Below, piece by piece: positions 23,126-35,918 of a stretch of 64,000 nucleotides of DNA (the first letter of the stretch is position 1; each line of letters starts with the position of its first letter). The DNA comes from Squalus acanthias (taxonomy: Eukaryota). Location: contig CM059432.1 in the NCBI GenBank assembly GCA_030390025.1, forward strand, positions 41,046,001-41,110,000, written 5' to 3'. Under the pieces are notes generated by a model, which was not told the origin of the DNA, ran no database searches, and was given only the letters and a program-made list of their open reading frames with translations. A program made the translations under genes and the position numbers.

Positions 23126-24374
23126 CATAAGCAGTGTCCACTGGCAGTGTTCATAGTTACTTTGATAAACTTTCTTATCACCCACAGCAACCAATCTGTA
23201 TCAACAAGCATTCTTTAAGGAGACAGAAGGTATTCAATATTACAGTGTAGCTTTGTTTGGAATTTAATTTTCCATGACACCCAAAGAATATCTGAATTTT
23301 TATAATAGTGAGCATTTTTTTAAAAAGGGAAAGCAATATCTATTACAATCCAGTATAAAGTTAATCACTAGTGATAACTTTGCTCAGGATATTTGAAGAG
23401 TTGCAAGATACATACCATATGGTAAACACCCTAGAATGGTTTAAGTTACTGTCAACAGCTTTAAGGTTGGAAAAATACCAACTGTTTGAATGGAAAATTA
23501 CAACACCCCGTGTTCATTACATGTAATCGTGTGCAGCTTAACTAAAAGATAGAGTTCTTCCCTCCTAATTTCCTTAAGATGCTGGCTTCGACTGGTGTAC
23601 AGATTCATAACACCAGTCACTCGTAACTTGCAAAAGTGGACATTCTTCATGTGTGGGCCTAGATAATTACTGTTGACAGACTAAGCAGACATAGGGGGCA
23701 TTATAGGCTAGCCTATCCTCACTTGATAACCACATATTACTCTTGGTAGCTAACAGGAGCGGATACACTGGTTGATTTTCTCGTTCCGAGATCACAGCAG
23801 CCAATTATAACACCTTTGCTGCAACCATAGTTGGCTATGGCTAATTCAGCACAGACCAGAATTCAGAGGTGTCTGACTCAAGTTTAAATATACATAATGC
23901 CAGACAAAATGGTATCAGTAACTCAATAAGTAGATTCCACTGCAAGATATTTTTGATATAACTGCTTCAGCTGAAAAGGTATTTGTACAATATTGAGAAA
24001 AAATTAAATCCAATTTGTTTCTAGCATCTCAAAAACACCAAAAGTAACATGTAAATGCCACTCAAACATCATGACTAATTATTATGGTCTTGTCGGTACA
24101 CGGCTTGTATACATCACAGCTGTACATTTTGTGAAAATTTGGGTGAGGTTCAAAATATCAGGAACTTTAAATGTCACCTGTACAATAACATATAATCTGA
24201 TGCAATAAACACATTTTGCTTTGAAGGCCAAAAATATAACTTTTCTTCTAAGTTATGCTATTGTTATTTCAGTAATATGATCCGAAATTCTTACGATTTG
24301 GTGTAAATTTAGTACCAAATTGCTAATAAAGCAGTGTAACAATTTTTCTGAAATTGATATCCCTCTTTTCCTTT

Positions 24375-25010
24375 CAACAACAATTCACATTTATACAGAG
24401 CTGTTCATGTAAAAAATGTTTGAGTGCTTTACAAGGGGGAGAGATGAATGCAGAGCAGGTTGTAAAGGAATTTGGGCTGGGGATACTGAAAGCACAGAGA
24501 TAGATATCCATGAGAAGTCTGAAGGCAGAAAGAGGTAAAAAAGCGAAGAGAATTTCAGAGGGCAGGAGCATAATGGCTGTAACATCAGTCCCAGTGTCAG
24601 GGGGTAAGCAGAAATCTTGAATCAGAGGAATATCGGTGCAGGTAGGACAAGCAGTTGTAGATATTTCCCAGATAAGGTGGGTCGAAACTTTGATGGTACA
24701 GTATTTGAAATTGAATGGAGATCTTGAAATCTATTTGCTGGGGCTGAGGGAGCCAGTGAAGTCAACTGACAATGGATTTGCAGGAGAGAATTAGCAGTTC
24801 TGAATTAGCGCAGTTAATGAAGGATGGATCAAGTTTTAAGCATCAGAGGTGGAGTAAGACTATCAGTGGAAAAGTAGAGGTAGAAGTAGGCAGCCTTCAC
24901 AACAGGCTGGATGTGGGGCAGAAAGCTCATCTCAGGATGAATGCCAAGCTTTATACATCACAAGACTCAGTCAGGGAGGTTGATAGAGCTAGTGTCAGAA
25001 AAATATAGGT
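24375..25010 (-). mobile_element. Highly degraded L2-like 3' fragment
   Basis: aacaacaattcacatttata tail, similar to other L2 3' ends in the window. Purine-rich body. Confidence 0.4.
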
Positions 25011-25696
25011 ATTAGTGAGAATTAAATGGATTAATTCAATTTTGCCAATATTGCATTTATCTCACTTTCATACTTCAATGGAAATTCGCTATCACCCATT
25101 TTACACTATTGTACAAAGTCAAAATCTACTCCACTGTTTAATTTTTAATTGGTGGTGGGGGGGGGGGGGGGAAAGAGAGATCAGAAGGGTTTTTGGGGGG
25201 TTAAAATTCTCCTTATATTCCTGCAATGGCCACCCTGCTCCTGCCTCAAGATGATTTTCTGACCCTTGGTTAACCCCCATTCCCTTCTCTGTCCCCCTCC
25301 CATTTTTTGCACCTTACTCCCTCTGTCCCACTACTCCTCCTCTCCCTGTTCCCTCCTCCACCGTCTTTTCCTTCCCCATCCACCAGCCTCCTTGCTCCCC
25401 ATTACCTCTCCTCTTGTCGCCCCATCTCTCACCTCCTCTCCTCTCCTCTATCCACATTGGTTCCAATATCCCTACCCTATAACCCTGTTTGACCTGCAAA
25501 ATTCAAATTGGTCTTGACTACCCGTATGCAACGCTATTGAAGATCAATGAATAATACATGAAAAGTCTTGCATATAAATCACTTTCTGTCACACTTCACG
25601 TGTCATGTTAGCGTAACTTCTGACTTACCATTAGTAATACCACGGTAGATCTGCTAGTAATATTAAAAGACTTAAATGCTGTTCATTTGTAATTTC

Positions 25697-25803
25697 TTTC
25701 AGTTCTGATGAAGGGTTCACACCTGAAACGTTAACTCATCTGTTATCTCCACAGATGCTGACTGACCCGCTGAGTGTTTCCAGCATTTTCTAGTTTTGTT
25801 TCA
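25697..25803 (+). mobile_element. Solo Penelope pLTR fragment with an intact hammerhead motif (25701-25736)
   Basis: AGTT-CTGATGA-A-GGGT-TCAC-ACCT-GAAA-CG-TT-AACT, followed by ctccacagatgctg..gctgagt.tttccagcattttc as in the other pLTRs. Confidence 0.75.
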
Positions 25804-26252
25804 ATCAAGGGGGAATTGGTGAATGGGTGGGATTGAGTAGGGATCTATGGGATTGAGGAGGCGTGGAGCAAAATGTTGGAATTGAGGAAGATTAGGAAAT
25901 GTATGGGAAAATTTAGCAGGTGACAGGAATGTTAAGGAAAAGCAGGAATAAGTGTGACAAGGTCCAGGAGGGCAGCAAGAAAGTTCAGAAGTAAGGAAAC
26001 GGGAGGCAGAGTAAGTGAAGGTAATTTTAACCTAGCCCTCCTAGAGAAGGTCTCAGGGGTAAGGAGTGGCAACGTCATGGAGTGACTTGCAGATGAACGT
26101 GACAATTTTGAAATAAATGTGCTGGGGGGGATTGGGAGCCAATAAAGTTTGGTAAGGACAAGAGTGACAGGGAGCAGGACGTTGTGCAGAATAGTCAATG
26201 AGGTGCAATTTTTTTTTACACAGTGGAACTTTAAAAGTTAGCAAGCATACCT

Positions 26253-26970
26253 TAGAATCATAGAATGGTTACAGCACAGTAGGATGCCATTCGGCCCGTC
26301 GAGCCCATGCCAGCTCTCTGCAAGAGCCTCCAGCTAGTCACAATCCCCCGCCCTTTCCCTGTAGCCCTGTAAATTTTTTTCCTTTTTGAAAGCCATGATT
26401 GAATCTGCCTCCACCACCCTTTCAGGCAGTGCATTCCAGATCATAACCACTCGCTGCGTAAAAAAGTTTTTCCTCATGTCGCCTTGGGATCTTCTGCCAA
26501 TCACCTTAAATCTGTGTCCTCTGGTTCTCGACCCTTCTGCCAATGGGAACAGTTTCTCTCTATCTACTCTGTCTAGACCCCTCATGATTTTGAACACCTC
26601 TATCAAATCTCCTCTCAATCTTCTCTGCTCTAAGCAGAATAATCCCAGCTTCTCTCGTCTATCCACGCAACTGAAGTCCCTCATCCCTGGAACCATTCTT
26701 GTAAATCTTTTCTGCACCTTCTCTAAAGCCTTCACATCCTTCCTAAAGTGCGGTGCCCAGAACTGAACACAATACTCCAGTTGTGGCCGAACCAGTGTTT
26801 TATAAAGGTTCATAATAACTTCCTTGCTTTTGTACTCTATGCTTCTATTTATAAAGCCCAGGATCCCGTATGCTTTTTTAACCGTTTTCTCAACCTGCCC
26901 TGCCACCTTCAACGATTTGTGCACGTATACTCCCAGATCTCTCTGTTCCTGCACCCCCTTTAGAATTGTA
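26253..26970 (-). mobile_element. CR1 LINE 3' fragment
   Basis: ORF 26334-27014 (RDLGVYV..EYCVQFWAP..WNALP). tagaatca tail. Confidence 0.9.
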
Positions 26971-27399
26971 AACCCTTTGGAGTAATCAAGACTGGAGATG
27001 ACAAAGAACTGCATAAAGGTGTCATCAGCCTTTATGGAAATGTGCTATCTTTATTAGAACACGTAGGAGGGGATCCAAGCTAGAACGATGTCATGGAACT
27101 GGATTTCGGAGATGGTGGAGTGGATGGATAGAATGACTGTGTCAAATGCTGCAGAAAGAACAAGGAGAATAAGGAGGATAGAGGACAGTGATCGCAGTCA
27201 CAAAGAATGTTATTGGTGATATTGACCAGAGTGGTCTTAGCACAGCGGGCAGAGCAGAAATTAAATTTGGAGAGATTTAAAGAAGGGTTGATAACCTTTG
27301 CTATAAAACCCCACACTAAATAGATGGACAATCAAGGTAAACAGCTGCTTCCCATATTAGAAATGTATTTATTTACGTAAGTGTGATACGAGAGGGGAA

Positions 27400-27840
27400 C
27401 CAGAAAGAAATAAAGAACTTGCATTTAAAAAAGTAACTTTCATGACTTTAGGATGTGCAAAAGCACCTCACATCCAATGAAGTACTTTTGAAATGTAGTC
27501 ACTGTAATAATGTAGGCAAATGCAGCAGTCAATTTGCACATAGCAAGGTCCCACAAACAGCAATGAGATAAATAGCCAGATAATCTGTTTTAATGATGTT
27601 GGCTGAGAGATAAATATTGGCCAGGACACAAGCAAAACTCCACTGCTCTTCTTCAAATAGTGCCATGGAGGCCTCAGTTCAATGTCTCATCTGAAAGATG
27701 GCACCTTTGACAGTACAGCACTCCCTCAGTACTGCACTGAAGTGTCAGCCTGTATTATGCACTCAAGTTTCTGGAGTGAGGTTTGAACCCACAAACTTCT
27801 GACTAAGATGCAAGAGTGCGAGCACTGAGCTAAGGTTGAA
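27400..27840 (-). mobile_element. Deu-type tRNA SINE
   Basis: Reverse complement of the 33337-33800 family. B-box-like ggttcaaacc at about 27781-27790. Confidence 0.75.
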
Positions 27841-27934
27841 CAACAAGTTTATTTATTTTTCTACCTGCAATGGGTAAGGAAAATACTATTTATGTATTTT
27901 ACAGGAACCAATCAAAAAACTTCAGTCTCTGGGG

Positions 27935-28232
27935 ACCTCCAATTCTGGCCTCTGGCGCATCCCCGATTTTAAACGCTCTACCATTAGCAGCCGTGCCTTC
28001 AGCTGCCGAGGCCCTAAGCTTTGGAATTCCCTCCCTAAACCTCTCCGCCTCTCTATCTCTCTTTCCTCCTTTAAGACGCTCCTTAAAACCTACCATTTTG
28101 ACCAAGCTTTTGGGCATCTGCCCTAATATCTTATGTGGCTCAGTGTCAAATTTTTTTGATAACGCTCCTGTGAAGCACCTTGGGACATTTTACTACATTA
28201 AAGGCACTATATAAATGTAAGCTATTGTTGTT
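27935..28232 (+). mobile_element. L2 LINE 3' end
   Basis: Matches 50640-50935. Ends ttgggacattttactac..aaaggcactatataaat..gttgttg. Confidence 0.8.
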
Positions 28233-28569
28233 GATGTTATTTCTTACAAATATCTGTCCAAATTCTCTCACTGGAGATATGCATACCTCCATGATTTCCA
28301 CAATTCATCACTGTCCTCTTGCAACATTGTAACCAATGACTCACCATGATCAACAGCATGGAAAATGTACTAGTATATATAAGTCTTACCCCTAGAACAC
28401 AATTAATTACAGGTATAAATCTTAAAAAATGAGAAAGCCAGTCATTGACCTGAAATTTACAAGCAATTGTCCTCTGATTGACCTCAACATTTTATGAGTA
28501 GGCACAATTACAGTATCTGGCTGAGACTACTTAGAGCAGTGACCTTAAAGGCACAGGCCAGGTTAGCAG

Positions 28570-30885
28570 GTAAACATCACAAATGCACCCTAGACTAATC
28601 ATTAAAAGTAGCAACACAGGTCAACAAAGCCATCAAAAGACAAACAAGGCAATGGGGTTCATTTCTCGGGCAATAGAATTCAAAAACACCGAAGTTATGT
28701 TAAACTTATATAAAACCTTGATTAGACCACACTTTTAGAGTACTACGCACAGTTCTGGTCTCCATATTACAAAAATGGATGTAGAAACACTGGAAAAAGT
28801 GCAAAAATTTACAAGGATGATACCAGAACTGCAGTATACAACTATCATGAAAGACTGAACAGGCTGGGGCTCTTTTCTCTGGAAAAGAGAAGATGGAGAG
28901 GTGACCTGATAGAAGTCTTTAAAATTATGAATGGGGTCGATAGGGTAGACATAGGTGAAGATGTTTCCATTTATGGAAGAGTCCAAAACTAGGGACCATG
29001 AATATAGCATGTAAACAGAAGTTCGCATCGTCAGAACAGATGCGACAGAGACGGAGACACTGGGAGAATGGAATAGAGTCCTTACAGGAAGCAGGGTGGA
29101 AGGAAATGTAATCAAGGTAGTTGTGGGAGTCAGTGAGCTAATAGTAGCTATTGGATGACAGCCTATCTCCAGAAATAGAGATGTTGAGGAAGGGAAGAGT
29201 TGGAGATGGACCATGTGAAGGCGAGGGTAGGGTGGAAATTTGAAGCTTCCTGTAAGGACTCTATTCCATTCTCCCAGTTTCTAGCTCTCCGTTGCATCTG
29301 TTCTGACGATGCCACCTTCCACACCAGTGCCTCTGATAGGTTTTTATTTTTCTTAAACAGAGGATTCCCCTCCACCTTGGTTGATAGGGCCCTCGACTGT
29401 ATCCGTCCCATTTCACGCACTTCTGCTCTCACCCCCTTCCCCGAATCACGATAAAGTTCCCTTGTCCTCACCTTCCAGCCCACTAGCCTTCACATTCAAC
29501 AGCTCATCCTCCGCCATTTCCACCAGCTCCAGCGTGATCCCACCACCAAACACATCTTCCCCTCTACTTTCAGCATTCCGAAGAGACCGTTCCCTCTTCG
29601 ATATCCTGATCCACTCTTCCATTACTCCCAACACCCTCTCCCCTTCACATGGCACCTACCTATGCAAGCGCAGCAGATGCAACATGTGCCCTTTTACCTC
29701 CTCCCTTCCACCACCCATCCCCCCATACATTCCTTCCAGGTGAAACAGCAATTTACTTGTACTGCTTTCAATTTAGTATACTGTATTTGCTGCTCACGAT
29801 GCGGTCTCCTCTACATTGGGGAGACTAAATGCAGATTGGGTGATCACTTTGCTTAACACCACCATTGAGTCCAGACGTGTGACCCTGTCCAGTCGCTTGC
29901 CATTTTAATTCTCTGCTCCACTCAAACTTTTCTGTCCTCGGCCTCCTACACTGTTCCAACGAAGCTCGAGGAACAGCACCTCATCTTTCCATTAGGCACT
30001 TTACAGCCTTCCGGACTCGGCATAGAGTTCAACAATTTCAGATCATAACCACTCCACTGCGCTCATTTTTTTGCACAGCAGGCGCTGGTAATGATTCTGC
30101 TGTTGCTATTTATGTAATAATATAGTATATTATCACCACTTTGAGTAAAGAAATGTCTCCTGAATTCCTTGCTGGATTTATTAGTGAGTATCTTATATTT
30201 ATGGCCCAATACAAAAGGCAAAAGGCAGAATGCTGCAAATCTGAAATATAAACACTGGAAATACTCAGCAGGTCAGACAGCATCTGTGGAGAGAGACCCA
30301 TCTTTAGTTTCTTTACTTGTCCCACCTCCTTTTGCCTTGTACTATCATCCTTTTTGCCATTTAAATCACTCCTGTCTTCCACAGAACTTATCTTTTGTTC
30401 TTTCCTCCCCTGCGCTTGCTTAAAACCTGTTGCATCTTTAACCTTTTCCCAGTTCTGACGAAAAGTCACCAACCTGAAACGTTAACTCTGTTTCTATTTC
30501 CAGAAATGCTGTCTGACCTGCTGAGTATTTCCAACATTTTCTGTTTATAGTTCAGATTTCCAGCATCCCACGGTATTTTACCTTTTTGTATTAGGCCATA
30601 AATATAAGATAATAACGAATAATTCTAATAAGGAATTCAGAAGAAATTTCTTTATTCAGAGTGGTAATAATGGGGAACTTGCTACCACATGGAGTGGTTG
30701 AGGCGAATAACACAGATGCATTTAAGGGGAAGCTACACAAGCACCATGCAGAAGAAAGGGATGGAAGGATATGTTGATGGGGTTAGATGAAGTAGGGTGG
30801 GAGGAGTCTGGTGTGGAGCATAAAACACTGGCATAGACCTGTCGGGCCGAATGGCCTGTTTCTGCGCTGTAAATTCTATGTCATT
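28570..30885 (+). mobile_element. CR1 3' fragment split by a Penelope insertion (pieces about 28570-29010 and 30590-30885)
   Basis: YKTLIRPH/QFWSP/GDLIEVFKI-type sequence stops at ggaccatgaatata and resumes at ggccataaatata. ttctatg tail near 30880. Confidence 0.75.
29015..30590 (+). mobile_element. Degraded Penelope-like element with an inverted 5' segment (about 29015-29243) and a pLTR with a damaged hammerhead (30451-30487)
   Basis: SCKDSIPFSQ and YCICCSRCGLLYIGET (ORFs 29200-29454, 29662-29856). The 5' block is the reverse complement of PLE RT sequence. Confidence 0.85.
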
Positions 30886-30959
30886 CAATATAACTATATT
30901 TAATCGGTATTAGTGAGTGATTGTATAATAATATAAAGGATAGTATAACTATATATAAT

Positions 30960-31400
30960 CGGTACCTCTGCCGTTCCGCTCGCGCTTCTCCAACAATCTG
31001 CGTCAATCAGCAGCCGTTGCCGTAAAGCACCGTAACCTGAATTTTACGTCTTTCGTTGCCTCTGGTAACCGAGCCCTTCGGGCGAGTCGCTCAGGAATTA
31101 GCTGATTAAAACGCGAGTTCAGTGAGAGGCCGGTAAAGGTAACCGTGTTAATACGGTGTCTCTGTCGCTTTTACTGCTACAGAACGGAATGGGGAAGGGA
31201 ATCGCAGCCAGTATTTTTTTTTTAACTCATGTAGGAGCTGGACTTTAAAATGAACTCTTCATTTCTCCGCGAGCAGTTGAAAACGTTTCGTTGGCCTCGA
31301 GAGATTTCAGTGAAAGCCGACAGAGCCGCACCCCGAAACATATAAATATTATATACGGTATATTTAGATCCCGTTACTGGTAGTGAAGACGGAATATCAC
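30960..31400 (-). promoter_or_regulatory. CpG-rich unique island, candidate promoter/first exon of the RING finger gene; RFX X-box-like motif at 31055-31069
   Basis: Local CpG enrichment in non-repetitive DNA. GTTGCC-TCT-GGTAAC fits GTNRCC(N0-3)RGYAAC. Possible minus-strand donor GAG|GTACCG at about 30965. Confidence 0.5.
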
Positions 31401-31664
31401 CCATCCATAATTCTATATTTGTAACAAACTGGCATATAGATTTAAAACAAAATAATTACATGAAACAAAAGCAGCAGTGTTATCTAGTAATCCAATGAAT
31501 CGGGCATCAGCCACCAGTTTCTCCCTCAGCCTCACTCACACTGAGCAGTGATTCAGAAGCATGATAAAATGACACTGCCTTGTAATTCTCAGTGACAGAC
31601 TTCAGGGTCTAGGTTAACCTTCTTACGCTCCATGGGATTTTCAGTTAGCAAGAGTAAGATCTGT

Positions 31665-32400
31665 ATGAAACAACAAAAACACCCTGCATTTATGTAACAT
31701 CTGTAACATTAAAAATATTCCAAGGACTTTTGATAAGTGTAAGGAAAGTGGATGCCAGGCCAGAAAGGGAGAGATTGACCAAAGGCTTGGCTGAAGAGAT
31801 GAGTTTTGAGAAGATTTTTTGAAGGAAACAGGTAAAGAGCTTTAAGGGTGGAATTCCAGAGAGTAGGACCCAGGCAGCTGCAGCCTCTACCACCAATAGA
31901 GGGACAATGGAAGGGGAGGTTGCACAAAAAAGCCAGAGTCAGAAGAAATAAATGTTCATGGTGGGAGGATGTACAAATGAAGGAGATTACAGAGGTATGG
32001 TGTGGCAAGGCTATAAATGAATTAAAATATGAGCACGAGGATTTTAAATTTAACGCATTGGGGTATGGGGAGCCAACGTGGGTCAGTGAGGATGGAGGTG
32101 ATGGGTGAATGGGACAGAATGTGCACAAGCTTTAGTTTATGGAAGGTGGAGGAGTGAGGCCAACAAGGAGAGTGTTGAAGTAGTCAAGTCTGGTGGGGTT
32201 GAAGGTATGTATAAGGGATTCAGCGACAGATGGACAGACGTAGGGCAGCTGTGGAAGCAAGCAGTTGTGTAATGGAGGGAATATGGAGTCTGAAACTAAG
32301 CTCAGAGTGAAACAAGACATAAAGGTTGTGAACAGTCTAGTTGAAGTGGTAGCAAAAGCCATGGAGACAGGTAGATTGAAAGCATGAAAGGGATGGTATG
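31665..32400 (-). mobile_element. Degraded L2 LINE 3' region
   Basis: RLDYFNTLLVGL and LWNS residues in ORFs 32132-32443 and 31709-32128. aacaacaa tail. Confidence 0.65.
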
Positions 32401-32574
32401 CAGGGATCCATGAAGTGCCAGATGACTTGGAGAGTTTTAACACATCATATGAATGGAGAGGAGGGTGTTTTAAGATGACAACAAAAAAAATAGAAGGGAG
32501 TGGGGTTCAACTTTGGTGGATTGTAAAATAACAAAAACAATCAGTTAGGAATAGCTGGTGAATTTTGTTGTTAT

Positions 32575-32914
32575 TCATCACCGGCATTTATTGCCCATCC
32601 CTAATTGCCCTTGAGAAAGTGGTGGTGAGCTGCCGCCTTGAATACAACTGAGTGGCTTGCTAGGCCATTTCAGAGGGCAGTTAAGAGTCAACCATATTGC
32701 TGTGGGTCACATATAGGCCAGACCAGGTAAGGACAGCAGATTTCCTTCCCTGAAGGACATTAGTGAAGCAGATGGGTTTTTACGACAATCCAGTCATTTC
32801 ATGGTACCATTACTGTTACTAGCTTTTTTTTAAATTTCAGCTGCCATGGTGGGATTTGAACTCACGTCTCCGGATCATTAGTCCAGTAACATAACCACTA
32901 TGCTACCGTACCCC
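32575..32914 (-). mobile_element. tRNA-derived SINE whose 3' tail matches the LINE at 1-1058
   Basis: A box TAGCATAGTGG (32905-32895) and B box GAGTTCAAATCCC (32863-32851). Tail 32583-32641 matches about 952-1012. Confidence 0.8.
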
Positions 32915-33336
32915 TACATTTATATGTACATTTACATTTATATAAAGACTCGAAGCTAGAAATCACCTAATGTGAATAATCGCGTTACGACTTTGTTTCT
33001 CTAAATGCTACTTTTCCTAGCTTATTTCAAATCTTTGAAAAATACATTTGTGAGAAGATAATAATAAATTGTATAAATAATGCACACACAGTACACTACT
33101 CCCTTATAATCCAGAGTGAAATAAACCTGATTATTGTAATTCAAATCACATAGTACATTGCCATTTACATTTAAGTCATGGGAGCCGGCTATTGCGGAAT
33201 AGAGAATAAAAATCACCTAACAAACTCTACCTGTATATAATATAGCACAAGTTGGAATGTGTTTAAAAGCAGAAAACAACAGCAGGTTCAGATAACACTA
33301 ATAAAGGCAGTGTCATACCAGTATATAATACCATTG

Positions 33337-33800
33337 TCAGCCTTGGCTCAGTGGTAGCATTCTCGCCTCCAAGTTAGAAAGTTGTGGGTCTCACTGCAGA
33401 GTCCCACTCCAGAGAACTGAGCACAAAATCTAGGCTGACACTCCAGTGCAGAACTGAATGAGCGATGCACTGTCAGAGATGCCGTCTTTTGGATGAGGCG
33501 TTAAACCGAGGCCTGTCTGCCCTGTCAGGTGGACGTAAAAGATCCATGCCTATATTACGAAAGAGAGCAGGGGAGTTCTCCCTGGTGTCTTGACCAATAT
33601 TTATCCCTCAACCAACATCACTAAAAACAGATTATCTGGTCATTATCACATTGCTATTTGTGGTACCTTGCTGTGCGTAAATTAATTACCGCGTTTCCTA
33701 CATTACAACAGTGATTACGCTTCAAAAGTACTTCACTGACTGTAAAGCGCATTGGGACATTCAGAAGCCATGAAAAGCACCATATAAATACAAGTCTCTT
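33337..33800 (+). mobile_element. Near full-length Deu-domain tRNA SINE (SacSINE1-like)
   Basis: A-box head TGGCTCAGTGG, conserved central core, and L2-like tail ending atataaatacaagtc. Confidence 0.8.
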
Positions 33801-34477
33801 TAAAGCATCCAAGCTTCAGTCTTACAGTTTAAAGTGTCATCAGAATTTTAAGTGAATTACTGGTTTTAACACAATCCAATCAAAGCAACACTCTAAATTA
33901 TATACTAAAGCATCAATGTACAATAAATAACAGAATTGTTCAATATACATAATAGACCAGAATAGTACAATTCAATGAAATATATTTATTAAAAGTCTTG
34001 CTTATGGGACACACCTTTTGTCCATATTAAGCTTATGTCCTGTATCATGATTTTTGAATCACGCTTATGTCAAAATCTTAAAAATTGCAAAATGCTAAAT
34101 CAACACTTTTAAGTCTATCTGACGGTCATGCTTTAGTTGCAGGCCTTCCTGCCATTAGGTGATGCAATGGTCAAATTGGCAAAATCCAGCTGCCATTTTA
34201 TTTATTACTCGATTTTCTCTTCTGTGCAAGCAAGTTTTATTTCTAATATACAGAATATATTTTTAATTTATTTTTCCTTCGATGGAGTCCCAAGCACGTT
34301 ACTGAAGCCGTGGCCTTTTTACTGCTGCTCCTGCCACCATTGGCTGTCGCCACAGTCTCTTGCTGTCACCCTTGAACCTTTTCCCACTTCTGCCGCAATC
34401 AGTGCTGCTCTGCTGACCTTCCTGGTACCATCAGTCTTGCACTAGAACATAATAGGAGCAGGAGTAGACCATTCAAT

Positions 34478-35745
34478 TTAAGCTGATTAAGGAGAGCCAA
34501 CACGGATTTGTAAAAGGCAGATCGTGTTTGACTAATCTAATTGAATTTTCTGATGAAGTAACAGGGATGATTGATGAAGGGAATGCAATGGATGTTGTCT
34601 ACATGGATTTTAGGAAGGCGTTTGACAAAGTACAACATAGAAGGCTGGTTAACAAAATTGAGGCTCATGGAATAGGTGGGTCAGTGGCAGCTTGGATAAG
34701 GAATTGGCTTAAGGACAGAAAACAGCGAGTTGTGGTAAATGGCTGCTTTTCAGACTGGAGGATGGTAGACAGTGGTATTCCCAAAGGGTCAGTGCTGGGG
34801 CCACTGCTATATATATGACCTGGATATTGGAATACAGAGTAGAATTTCTAAATTTGCTGATGACACCAAACTTGGAGGTGTGGCAAACAGTGAGGATGAT
34901 ACCAATTGACTGCAACAGGACATAGAAAGGCTAGCAGAATGGGCAGACAAGTGGCAGATGGAATTTAATACAGAGAAGTGTGAGGTTTGGCAGAAGGAAC
35001 AGGGAGAGCCAATATACACTTAATGGCACAGTTTTAAAGAGTGTGCAGGGACAGAGGGTCCTGGGAGTTAATGTACATAGGTCCCTGAAGTGGCGGGACA
35101 TATTGAGAGTGGTTAGCAAAGCATATGGGATCTTGGGCTTCATAAATAGAGGTATTAAGTACAAAAGTAGAGAAGTTATGCTGAACCTTTATAAAGTGCT
35201 GGTTAGGCCACAACTGGAGTATTGCGTCCAGTTCTGGTCACCACACTTTAGGAAGGGTGTGAAGGCACTTGAGAGGGTGCAGAGGAGATTTACCAGAATG
35301 GTTCCGGGGATGGGGGATCTTAGCTACAAGGACAGGTTGGAGAAGCTGGATTTGTTTTCATTAGAGGTTGCAGGGTGATTTGATAGAGGTGTACAAGATT
35401 ATGACAGGTTTAGATAGGCTAGACTGGGAAAGGCTGTTCCCACTAGTTGATGGTACAAGGACTAGGGGATACAGATTTAAGGTTTTGGGCAAGAGATACA
35501 GGGGGGATGTGAGGAAAAACTTTTTTACGCAGCGAGTGGCGAGGACCTGGAACTCGCTGCCAACGGAAGTGGTGGAAGCGGAGACACAATGTTTTCAAGG
35601 GGAGACTGGATCGGCACTTGAGGGAAATAAACTTGCAGGGTAACGGGGATAAAGCGGGGGAATGAGACTGACTGGATTGCTCTACAGAGAGCCGGCACGG
35701 ACTTGATGAGCCGAATGGCCTCCTTCTGTGCCGTTATGACTCTAT
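34478..35745 (+). mobile_element. CR1 3' fragment nested in the tail of another CR1
   Basis: ORFs 34528-34818, 34980-35378 and 35368-35643. Confidence 0.88.
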
Positions 35746-35918
35746 AAGATCATGACTGATCTTCTACCTCAACTCCACTTTCCTGCACTATCCCCATTTC
35801 CCTTGATTCCCTTAATATCCAAAAATCCAATGATCTCTGTCTTGAATATACAGAACGATTGAGCGTTCACGGCCCTCTGGGGTAGAGAATTCCAAAGATT
35901 CACCACCCTGAGTGAAGT

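Noticed and set aside
30889..30964. 21-bp direct repeat (TATAACTATAT.TAATCGGTA x2) separated by 34 bp, superficially CRISPR-like
   Set aside because: There are only two AT-rich units in a eukaryotic context with no cas genes. It is most likely a small local duplication.
32840..32914. tRNA gene (also the SINE heads at 33337 and about 27780-27840)
   Set aside because: A and B boxes are present but there is no complete cloverleaf, and each is followed by a SINE body and LINE tail.
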